Shown: positions 56,582 through 64,000 of the stretch, one piece after another
Position numbering within the stretch: the stretch's first letter is position 1
Layout of the letters: the number at the start of each line of letters is the position of its first letter
NCBI GenBank assembly: GCA_041309005.1
Contig: JBFZAN010000075.1
Location: forward strand, 1,621 to 65,620
Direction of reading: 5' to 3'
DNA from: Candidatus Omnitrophota bacterium
GTDB lineage: Bacteria > Omnitrophota > Gorgyraeia > Gygaellales > Profunditerraquicolaceae
Length of the DNA stretch: 64,000 nucleotides
The notes under the pieces: generated by a model
Told to the model about the DNA's origin: nothing
The model's database searches: none
What the model saw: the letters and a program-made list of their open reading frames with translations, nothing else
Translations under genes and position numbers: made by a program

Positions 56582-59102
56582 ATTTCAGCTCCGACCGGGC
56601 AATAAATTCTTTTCCGGTCTCATCCACGGCCCTGATTAATACCACCCAATCCCTGTCCGCTTTCAGCTGTTTCGCGTCTATGCGGGCGACCAGTTCATTG
56701 TCGGCATTCTGCCTGTAAAAGCCGATGATCGTTTTGAATTTCCTCGGCCTTTGGCCTCTGCCCATTTCTACCGTAAAATAATCGAGCCGGGCAACTCGCA
56801 CTGTAGCAAACACATCCACCGAATCCGGCTTATTTGTTTTCGCGTCCCTGTTGACCGTAAGGGCGGTGATCCTTACGTTTTTAGTTTCCCGGGGGTCTGC
56901 CCTTAGCGCTCTCGCCGCGTTCAACTTGCCCGCGCCGGTCTTTGCGTCCCATTCTTCATCGCCCATTTTTGTCGCGCTGGAAAGAAGGATGTCTTCTGCC
57001 ATGCCCGGGCCCAGCGAAGGGTCTTTAGCCAGAAGCAAAGAGGCGGTGGCGCTTACCATGGGAGCTGCAAAAGAGGTGCCCGAGGCTTTGGTGTAGAGGC
57101 GTTTTTTGTCCGCGGCCGGCCCTTCCCAGGGCGCGTCCTTGGAATGGAGTGAATAAATTTGCTCTCCCGGCGCAAGTAACGCGTTGTTCGGCCCCCAGTT
57201 GGAAATAGTGCTTCTGGTGCCGTCGTAATTGAGCGCTCCCACCGCCAGCGCCTGTCCGTCCGAAGCGGGGCCGTAGAAAGAAATATTCTCTCCGTCGTTG
57301 CCGCTGGCAACTACCACCAGCGCCCCGAGTGAACGCGCCCGGTTGATGGCTAATTGTTCTAATTTTGACACCCCGCGTCCCCCCAGGCTTATATTGATGA
57401 CCCTGGCGCCGTATTTGAGGGCGTATCCTATCGCCCGGAAGATATCAAGGCTGTCGGTATTGCCGAATTTATCCGCGACTTTCAAAACCATGATCACCGC
57501 TCCGGGATTGATGCCGGCAATGCCTGTTCCGTTATTGGTTTTCGCGGCGATGATCCCCGAGACCAGCGTCCCGTGGCCTTTGTAGTCGGTAAGGTCGTTA
57601 TCGTCGTCGACAAAATTCCACCCGTGCGCGTCGTCGACATAGCCGTTGTTGTCGTCGTCAATGGAGTTATTCGGCACTTCCCCGGGGTTCATCCAGACAA
57701 ATTGCGGCCCGTCAGGGTGCGCAAGGTCAAGCCCGGAGTCTATTACCGCGACCAGTACGTTCTTTTCGCTCCCCGAATACACGTTCCATGCCGAATCAAA
57801 GTCTGAGCGGGGCAGGAAGCCGATCTCGCGTATCCCGTATTGGTCGCTGATGTCCGGCCCTTTTTTCGCGCTGCCTGTCCGCAACCCGATCCCGCCTAAT
57901 TTCAGCGCGCCGCCGAGAATATTCTTTGCCGCCCCGGCAACCCCGCCTTTTTTCATGGGCGCCTTATAATAAAGCGGGTCATCGGGTTCCTGCACCAGCC
58001 TGTCGAAAATGTCTTCTATCATATACGGCGGGAAGCATCTTAGCGTGGCTTCTTCGAAAGTGTCCTTTTTATAGTTGCCGCGCGAAGCCAGCAGTTTGTC
58101 ATTCAGGACGTAGGAGGTCTGGTAGATATCGCCGTAACCCATGCCCAGCGGTTCGACCATCACGGAATAGGGCTGAAAGCCTTTTAGCCTGATATGCCTT
58201 CGGCACCGGTGGAAAGAAGGCAGGTAATTAGGCGTTTGGTTTCCCAGGAAGCCCTGGAAATTCGCTTGGCTTGAATGTTGCGCCTGTATCAGGTATTTTG
58301 CGGTAAGGTCAGGGTCGTATTTCAGCCGGTCTTTCGTCACGTACCCCATCAGCACGCCGCCTGAATCAAAAATGGAGAAGGAAGGCTTGTTGTCCAGCGC
58401 GCCCCAGGCAATGACCGGCCCGCCGATGCCGTACATCTCGCCCGCGCCCCTTCCTTTAAACCAATCCTGCTTCTCCCCGGTATATTGCATGAACCCCTGG
58501 TCCCACTGCCTGCCTGTGCGCAGGAACCCCAGCCTGCCAAAGGGGATGTTTTCGTTCTGCCAGTCTTTTTCCCTTGAAGACAGGATATAATTTATGGCGC
58601 CTGCCTTGGATACAAATCGGGACTCCCCGTATGGCGCCTCTTGCGGCGAAGAAATGATCTCGATGCGTTCGATGCTGTCATTAAGGCCCGCTATGTGCCC
58701 GTCGGCCTGCTCGGCCATTTCCCTGGTGAGGGTAAGGTCATCGCTTATGAATTCTTTTGTTTCCAAAGAGGTTTTGGCGGGCAGTCCCCGCAGGTATCCG
58801 TCAAGGTGCGAAGCGCTTTTTTCGAGATTTTCCTTTGCGCCGAGAAGGTCTTGCGACCGGCAGCGGCTGTCGGATAAGGAAGGCAGGTTGAGGATAAGCT
58901 GGAGCTTGTTCGGGTCGGTAGGAAGTTTTTCAAGTTCGGCGTTGGAAACGCTCCAGTTCACGCTGTCCGTTTCCACGAGCGCGCCTTTGGCATATCCTGC
59001 CGCGGCAGCCGCAAGGAACATCGCCGCCGCGAGCGCGGCCCCGCGAATATGCCTATTCTTTAGCTTCGTAATTATATTTGTCCCCTGTCTTTGAGTAATC
59101 AC
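56571..59102 (-). CDS. S8-family subtilisin-like serine peptidase, secreted
   Basis: Catalytic triad motifs VAVIDSGLD (Asp), HGTLVSGIIAA (His), GTSFAAPMVSATASLLLA (Ser). N-terminal signal peptide. 843 aa. Confidence 0.85.
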   Translation of the reverse strand: MITQRQGTNIITKLKNRHIRGAALAAAMFLAAAAAGYAKGALVETDSVNWSVSNAELEKLPTDPNKLQLILNLPSLSDSRCRSQDLLGAKENLEKSASHLDGYLRGLPAKTSLETKEFISDDLTLTREMAEQADGHIAGLNDSIERIEIISSPQEAPYGESRFVSKAGAINYILSSREKDWQNENIPFGRLGFLRTGRQWDQGFMQYTGEKQDWFKGRGAGEMYGIGGPVIAWGALDNKPSFSIFDSGGVLMGYVTKDRLKYDPDLTAKYLIQAQHSSQANFQGFLGNQTPNYLPSFHRCRRHIRLKGFQPYSVMVEPLGMGYGDIYQTSYVLNDKLLASRGNYKKDTFEEATLRCFPPYMIEDIFDRLVQEPDDPLYYKAPMKKGGVAGAAKNILGGALKLGGIGLRTGSAKKGPDISDQYGIREIGFLPRSDFDSAWNVYSGSEKNVLVAVIDSGLDLAHPDGPQFVWMNPGEVPNNSIDDDNNGYVDDAHGWNFVDDDNDLTDYKGHGTLVSGIIAAKTNNGTGIAGINPGAVIMVLKVADKFGNTDSLDIFRAIGYALKYGARVINISLGGRGVSKLEQLAINRARSLGALVVVASGNDGENISFYGPASDGQALAVGALNYDGTRSTISNWGPNNALLAPGEQIYSLHSKDAPWEGPAADKKRLYTKASGTSFAAPMVSATASLLLAKDPSLGPGMAEDILLSSATKMGDEEWDAKTGAGKLNAARALRADPRETKNVRITALTVNRDAKTNKPDSVDVFATVRVARLDYFTVEMGRGQRPRKFKTIIGFYRQNADNELVARIDAKQLKADRDWVVLIRAVDETGKEFIARSELKYDK

Positions 59103-59121
59103 CTTTTACGCTCTGGAAGGG

Positions 59122-59511
59122 TTAAATGTTCTCCTGTATCTTTTTCAGGATCTTATTTGCCGCTTCTTTATCCGGGCTCATCGCTCCCACGCGGACTTCC
59201 ACCTTTGTGGAGGTTGCGGTAGTCTTACGGACATCCACCCATATCTCTTTCCCGTCGGTGTACTTGCTCCTTAACTGCGTTACATCCGCGGTCTTTGATT
59301 CTTTGGTCACTTCAAGCTTCATCGACTTTAACGCCGCTTCAGAAGCTTCTACCGTCCTGTCGTATGGGGCGTGGAACTCCTGGGTCAATTTTCCGGACAG
59401 CCACATCGCGGTGCCCGTGCCTGCCGCGGCTCCCGCGAACAAGGCGAAACATCCGTACAGGTTTACCAGCAGGAATCCTGCCATCGCGTACATCGCGAAA
59501 CGTTTGAACAT
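59122..59511 (-). CDS. DUF3568-like lipoprotein (paralog B)
   Basis: Signal peptide ending NLYGC. Conserved core GAAAGTGTAMWLSGKL...YTDGKEIWVDVRK...VEVRVGA shared with paralog A. SD GGAGG upstream. Confidence 0.5.
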   Translation of the reverse strand: MFKRFAMYAMAGFLLVNLYGCFALFAGAAAGTGTAMWLSGKLTQEFHAPYDRTVEASEAALKSMKLEVTKESKTADVTQLRSKYTDGKEIWVDVRKTTATSTKVEVRVGAMSPDKEAANKILKKIQENI

Positions 59512-59585
59512 ATATGCCTCCCTTTCGTAGGTTTTATTCTTTATACCTTGATTACGGGATAATGTAAATCGCCGGAAGCCGCTTT

Positions 59586-60725
59586 TTATTGACTTTTTTC
59601 TATCAGGGGGTCAGGGGTGTTCGAATAGGTTGCTTGCGGTATTGCTTGGATGAGGGCGGGATTCTTAAGCAGGCTTTCGTAATGAAAAATGGCGCAGGCG
59701 CCGGCTCCCGAGCCCCTGCCGGCTTTCAATTGCTGCGCGAATACTTCCGGCAGGCTGCCCAATTTATACGCGCCGATAGCGGGGTATACTTTCCTGAAAT
59801 CGCCGACTTTTTCTTTCCCCTCGGCAATGTATCCTTCAAATTCTTTGAGCGTCTTGGGATAGCTCATGATCGTCACAAAATCCACTAAGCCCCGGTTGAT
59901 CCAGGACGGCCAGTCCTGGAACGCTTCGTTATATGCCCGCGCATATGAAACGCAGCCTGTGGCCCCTATCTTGATATCGGGGCGGCGCGCGCGCGTTATC
60001 GCAACCAGTTCTTTAAGCAGCTCGGTCACCTGCAGCCGTTTCCAATCCTGCCAGGCGGGGTTGTCCTTATTGGCCACTTCGCGGCCGGTAGTTTTTTTAA
60101 AGCGTTCGATGTTCATCCTGGTATAACCGTAATCAGGATGTACGTCCGGATAACGTATGTAATCGAACAGGATGCCGTCTAAGTCCGGATATGCCTGCAG
60201 GATCTCTTCTACGATCTCCGCAAGTTCCTTGCGTACCATCGTATCGGCCGGTTCCAGAAAATACTGGTTATCGACCTTGTAATCTTCCAGTTTGTTCTTT
60301 TCTTTCGTATTTCTCGTGAGGATCTCATTGCCGTATTTCTTGAGGATAGGGGCGTCTTTGTTGCCGCTGAGGCTCAATAAGTTAAGCCAGGCGTATACCT
60401 TGATCCCCCTGCGGTGGGCAGTGGATATAAGAAGGGCAAAAGGGTCCTGTGAAACGCTTTTAACGCATGCTTCATACGGCCCCTGGTCCGCGACTTTGGA
60501 AGGGAACCACGCCTGATTGGCGCGATAGACCTGCATAAAAATGACGTTCACACCCGCCGCCTGGGCAAAATCCGCCAGTTTACAGATGCTCTCCCGGCTG
60601 GAAAGCACTGCCGGATCATCGAACGCCGTTACCAGGAGGCACGTGCGTGGCGGTTCTAAGCACCCGGCAGTTTGCTGGAACGCCGGCAGCGCGCACAAAA
60701 GATAAAAAACAAGCCATTTCTTCAT
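59586..60725 (-). CDS. GHL10-family (YngK-like, glycoside-hydrolase-like family 10) lipoprotein
   Basis: Start taken at the ATG giving signal peptide MKKWLVFYLLCALPAF...GC. Core LLVTAFDD...AGVNVIFMQVYRANQAWFPS resembles GHL10/DUF4015 TIM-barrel proteins. Confidence 0.5.
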   Translation of the reverse strand: MKKWLVFYLLCALPAFQQTAGCLEPPRTCLLVTAFDDPAVLSSRESICKLADFAQAAGVNVIFMQVYRANQAWFPSKVADQGPYEACVKSVSQDPFALLISTAHRRGIKVYAWLNLLSLSGNKDAPILKKYGNEILTRNTKEKNKLEDYKVDNQYFLEPADTMVRKELAEIVEEILQAYPDLDGILFDYIRYPDVHPDYGYTRMNIERFKKTTGREVANKDNPAWQDWKRLQVTELLKELVAITRARRPDIKIGATGCVSYARAYNEAFQDWPSWINRGLVDFVTIMSYPKTLKEFEGYIAEGKEKVGDFRKVYPAIGAYKLGSLPEVFAQQLKAGRGSGAGACAIFHYESLLKNPALIQAIPQATYSNTPDPLIEKSQ

Positions 60726-60837
60726 GTGGCTATTATAAACAAAGAATCGACATTCCACAATATAAACTACAAATGAAGTGGAGAAAAGTCAATAATTTGC
60801 GGCATCAGGTAATAGACAACATACGAATGAAAGGTAA

Positions 60838-60862
60838 AATAATGGGGTCAGACCCCATTATT
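60838..60862. repeat. Perfect 25-nt palindrome AATAATGGGGTCAGACCCCATTATT (copy 4) in the divergent region between the GHL10 gene and sixA
   Basis: Read directly. 31 nt upstream of the sixA ATG (RBS AAGGAG follows). Confidence 0.9.
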
Positions 60863-60892
60863 CCAAACAAGCCCCTCGTGTAAGGAGAAAAT

Positions 60893-61384
60893 ATGAAGCG
60901 CTTATGCCTTATCAGGCACGCTAAATCAAGCAAGGACGATCCTTCCCTGCCGGACAAGGTGCGCCCCCTGAACAAGAGGGGCAAAAAAGAAGCTCCGCTC
61001 ATGGGAAAGCGCCTTAAAAAGCTGGCCATAATGCCGCAGGCGATATACTCAAGCCCCGCGAAGAGGGCCCTTGGCACGGCAAAAATAATCGCCAAAAAGC
61101 TTAAATTCCCTCTTAAGAAGATAAAATTGGTTGATTCCATGTACTATTCCAACATTCCGAAGCTGCTGAAGGTCATCAAGAAGATAGATGACTCCGTTGA
61201 CGTGGCGTTCCTTTTCGGCCACAACCCCGAGTTTACGGGGCTGGCTAATTATCTTACGCCCCGCGCGATAGAAAATGTTCCCACGTGCGGCGTGTTGTGC
61301 GTGGATTACAAGCTGGATTCCTGGAAGAAGGTAAGAAGGAAGAAAGGGAGGGTCGCGTTTTTTGGCTCTCCCGGGTTGAAATAA
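60893..61384 (+). CDS. sixA: Phosphohistidine phosphatase SixA (histidine phosphatase superfamily)
   Basis: RHG motif LCLIRHAKS. Second His region FLFGHNPEF. 163 aa. Confidence 0.65.
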   Translation: MKRLCLIRHAKSSKDDPSLPDKVRPLNKRGKKEAPLMGKRLKKLAIMPQAIYSSPAKRALGTAKIIAKKLKFPLKKIKLVDSMYYSNIPKLLKVIKKIDDSVDVAFLFGHNPEFTGLANYLTPRAIENVPTCGVLCVDYKLDSWKKVRRKKGRVAFFGSPGLK

Positions 61385-61495
61385 ATCTCCCGTCAACAGC
61401 CTTTCCAAAGAAGCTTAAACTTGACTAGCCGGTAAATGATTTGCATTCTTTAAATTAGGCATTATAATATTATGGTTGTCTAAAGGGCGCTCAAA

Positions 61496-62335
61496 ATGAA
61501 AAAATCAATTGAAACATTGACGCCGGCGGTTATCAAGAGGTACCGGGTGAAACCGCAGGAAAAGATTGACCTGAAAAGGCGCGATCCCGGGGACTCGGCC
61601 ATTCCTGACTTAAAGAAAAAGGATGAGAAGCGGCTGATCGAAGGCCTCAATAAGAAATTAGCGAAACTGCAGAACCTGCTGTACGCCGAACATAAACATA
61701 AGGTGCTCATAGTCCTGCAGGGTATGGACACCTCGGGCAAGGACTCTACCATCGCGCACGTGTTCAGGGGCGTGAATCCCCAGGGCGTCAGGGTCGTAAG
61801 CTTCAAGGTCCCCACGCAGCAGGAGCTCGACCACGATTTCCTCTGGCGTATACACCGCCAGGTGCCATCTAAAGGCGAGATGGTGATCTTTAACCGCAGC
61901 CATTATGAAGACGTTGTCGCCGTGCGGGTGCACGGGCTGGTAGAGCCGGCGGTCTGGAAGGCGCGCTACGATGAGATTAACGCCTTCGAGCGCATGCTGG
62001 CGGAAGAAGGGGCCCTGATACTGAAATTCTTCCTGTTCATCGATAAAGACGAGCAGAAAAAAAGGCTGGAAGAAAGGCTCGATGACCCGCAGAAGAACTG
62101 GAAGTTCAGCTCTAACGACTTAAAAGAGCGCGCGCGCTGGCCGCACTATTTGAAGGCCTACGAGGACGCGCTCAATTTGACCAGCACCAAATGGGCGCCA
62201 TGGTTCGTGGTCCCTTCCAACAGGAAATGGTACAGGAACCTGGCGGTTTCCCTTATTATCATTGAAGCGCTTACGCGGCTTAACATGCGCTATCCAAAAG
62301 CGGAAGCGGGCCTAAAGTCCATCCGTATTATTTAA
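61496..62335 (+). CDS. ppk2: Polyphosphate kinase 2 (PPK2 family)
   Basis: Walker A-like QGMDTSGKDST. FNRSHYEDV lid motif. ~280 aa single-domain PPK2. Confidence 0.85.
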   Translation: MKKSIETLTPAVIKRYRVKPQEKIDLKRRDPGDSAIPDLKKKDEKRLIEGLNKKLAKLQNLLYAEHKHKVLIVLQGMDTSGKDSTIAHVFRGVNPQGVRVVSFKVPTQQELDHDFLWRIHRQVPSKGEMVIFNRSHYEDVVAVRVHGLVEPAVWKARYDEINAFERMLAEEGALILKFFLFIDKDEQKKRLEERLDDPQKNWKFSSNDLKERARWPHYLKAYEDALNLTSTKWAPWFVVPSNRKWYRNLAVSLIIIEALTRLNMRYPKAEAGLKSIRII

Positions 62336-62356
62336 CGCGGCTAACCTCACGCACTG

Positions 62357-63910
62357 ATGAAAGGAAAAGAACCCATAAGAGCGGGCGTCATCGACATCGG
62401 GTCGCATTCGATCAAGCTCCTGATCGCCGAAGAATCCGACACGGACATTAAGGTCCTGGAGTCGCTTAAAAACCTTCTGCCGCTGGGCAAGGACACCTTT
62501 TTCAAAGGGCGTATCACCCAGGAGACCATCAACCGCACCGTCGCCATCCTGGAAAAATACCGGGAAAAACTCAAGGAGTATTCTATTTCCAGCGTCAAGG
62601 TGATCGCCACGACCGCCGTCAGGGAATCCGGCAACAAAGACGTCTTCGTGGATACTATCTACCGCAGGACGGGTTTTGCCATCGAAGTGCTTACGGTTGG
62701 GGATGTGATCTACTATATCGACGCCTACCTCTACCAGAAACTGAAGGACAAATACCCTATCCACACCAAGAACCTGCTTATCGCCGAGCTTGGCTCCGGC
62801 AGCCTCGATATTTCGGTGATGGCCCAGGGCTATACGCTGATGAATATCGGCCTTCCTCTCGGGACCATGCGCCTGAAACAGCTGATGAGCAAGCTCGACG
62901 GCAATATCCAGGAGAATTACGAGGCGGTCGAAGAGAACGTGAACAACGAGTTCGCCTTCCTGCGGCGCGACATGCCGCAGATCAACATAGACGATATCAT
63001 CCTTATCGATGAGAGCTATGCCGCCTACCTTTCCAATGTGCTGACCAATACAAAACCCCAGGAGAATTTTTTCAAGCTCGGCGACCAGGACACCGCGGAG
63101 CTTCTGGGCAAGCTCATGGATAAGAGCACCGAAGATATCGCCGCGGATTACAGGATACCCCTTGAGACCGCCGATTCCTTTCCGGGGTACGCGATAATCC
63201 TGAATTCCTTCGTGAAGTTGAGCGAGAACAAGAACATCTACGTCCTTGAGGTCTCGCTTTCCGAAGCGATCATCGCGGACATGATACTGGATTTCGAGGT
63301 CTCGCAGAAGTACAACAAGGCCAACCAGCTGATATCGGTCGCCAACGCCATCTGCAGGAAGTTCAACATGGACATGAATCACGTGCAGCAGGTGGCTGAC
63401 CTTGCGGATATGCTTTTCGATAATTTCAAAGAGACCCTTGGCCTTAAAAAGTCCGATCTCTTGTACCTTTTGCTTGCCGCCTACCTGCACGATCTGGGTA
63501 TGTTCATCTATAACCGCGCGCACCACAAGCACACCGAGTACATAGTTTCCAATCTGAACCTCTTTCGGCTCACGGATGAAGAGATAAAGGTCATTGCCTG
63601 CGTCGGGCGTTACCACCGCAAGGGCAACCCCTCGGACACCCATCTTTTATATTCCTCGCTGCCGAAGGACAAGCAGATACTGGTCCAGAAGTTGAGTTCT
63701 ATTTTGAAGATCGCCAACGCCCTCGACCGTTCCCATAAGAAGAAGGTAAAAAAACTTGAAGCAAAGTTCACCCGCTCCCAGGACATTACCCTGACCGTAT
63801 ACGTCGAAGGCAATTTCATCCTGGAAAAGCTCGACTTCCTTGATAAGAAAGAGATGTTTGAGGAAGTCTCCGGGAATAAAATAAACCTTAAGATCCAATC
63901 CGCCTCATAA
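62357..63910 (+). CDS. ppx: Ppx/GppA-family exopolyphosphatase with C-terminal HD domain
   Basis: N-terminal actin-like ATPase fold IDIGSHSIKLLIAE...ELGSGSLDIS. C-terminal HD region (LAAYLHDLGMFI...HHKHTEY). Confidence 0.8.
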   Translation: MKGKEPIRAGVIDIGSHSIKLLIAEESDTDIKVLESLKNLLPLGKDTFFKGRITQETINRTVAILEKYREKLKEYSISSVKVIATTAVRESGNKDVFVDTIYRRTGFAIEVLTVGDVIYYIDAYLYQKLKDKYPIHTKNLLIAELGSGSLDISVMAQGYTLMNIGLPLGTMRLKQLMSKLDGNIQENYEAVEENVNNEFAFLRRDMPQINIDDIILIDESYAAYLSNVLTNTKPQENFFKLGDQDTAELLGKLMDKSTEDIAADYRIPLETADSFPGYAIILNSFVKLSENKNIYVLEVSLSEAIIADMILDFEVSQKYNKANQLISVANAICRKFNMDMNHVQQVADLADMLFDNFKETLGLKKSDLLYLLLAAYLHDLGMFIYNRAHHKHTEYIVSNLNLFRLTDEEIKVIACVGRYHRKGNPSDTHLLYSSLPKDKQILVQKLSSILKIANALDRSHKKKVKKLEAKFTRSQDITLTVYVEGNFILEKLDFLDKKEMFEEVSGNKINLKIQSAS

Positions 63911-63915
63911 CCGCC

Positions 63916-64000
63916 ATGGACAAGTTTATCCACCGCGACTTAAGCTGGTTTTCTTTTAACGAGCGGGTGCTTGAAGAGGCCAAAGACGCCAATAACCCCC
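63916..64000 (+). CDS. ppk1: Polyphosphate kinase 1, N-terminal fragment (runs off window)
   Basis: MDKFIHRDLSWFSFNERVLEEAKDANNP matches the conserved PPK1 N-terminus (..NRELSWL.FN.RVLEEA.D..NPL). Not in ORF track because it is truncated. Confidence 0.65.
   Translation, partial: MDKFIHRDLSWFSFNERVLEEAKDANNP

Overview
This is a 64-kb bacterial chromosomal window, probably from an uncultivated lineage that I cannot assign from sequence alone. It is gene-dense and mostly plus-strand, with many 1-4 nt start/stop overlaps. The first ~14.8 kb is visibly AT-richer than the rest, which is GC-rich with GCC/GGC-biased codons.

Gene content:
- The AT-rich block holds a compact acyl-chain tailoring cluster (coords 1-11480). 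Its genes are two cobalamin-type radical SAM enzymes, a GT2 glycosyltransferase, an LpxL-like acyltransferase, two ACPs, a FabF-like ketosynthase with a Cys-less KS-like partner, a BamE-like secreted protein, an FAD oxidoreductase, an HxxxD protein and a fatty-acyl-AMP ligase. This is the main candidate for an undescribed system, possibly ladderane- or aryl-polyene-like.
- It is followed by a tandem two-hairpin repeat array, trkH, a zeta-toxin-like P-loop kinase with an overlapping 50-aa ORF, and a methyltransferase.
- The GC-rich remainder encodes a multi-PAS histidine kinase and znuABC.
- Next come a Wzx-like flippase, a GH1 beta-glucosidase and an OmpR-type two-component pair.
- A YgjP-like peptidase is followed by pstSCAB with a tandem second pstB, then phoU.
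- After mscS there is an otsA-otsB trehalose cluster with a GT4 gene.
- An AbrB-like regulator carries its own sigma70-like promoter and operator palindrome upstream of tolC-macA-macB.
- A run of small secreted proteins and lipoproteins is followed by a PilX-N/beta-helical repeat protein.
- tRNA-Arg(ACG) sits directly upstream of tadA.
- tRNA-Ser(GCU) is followed by a second tandem repeat array and a Bro-N protein.
- Housekeeping genes dnaX, recR and an ABC-F ATPase follow.
- A YceI-S8 peptidase pair is flanked by DUF3568-like lipoprotein paralogs.
- A GHL10 lipoprotein precedes a sixA-ppk2-ppx-ppk1 polyphosphate cluster.

Two repeat families stand out. One is a perfect 21-25 nt palindrome, AATGGGGTC(A/T)GACCCCATT, present in four copies. 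The other is a ~65-nt two-hairpin unit in tandem arrays at two loci, with compensatory substitutions; at one locus it is seeded from the 3-prime end of tRNA-Ser. There is no CRISPR array, rRNA gene, transposase or integrase.
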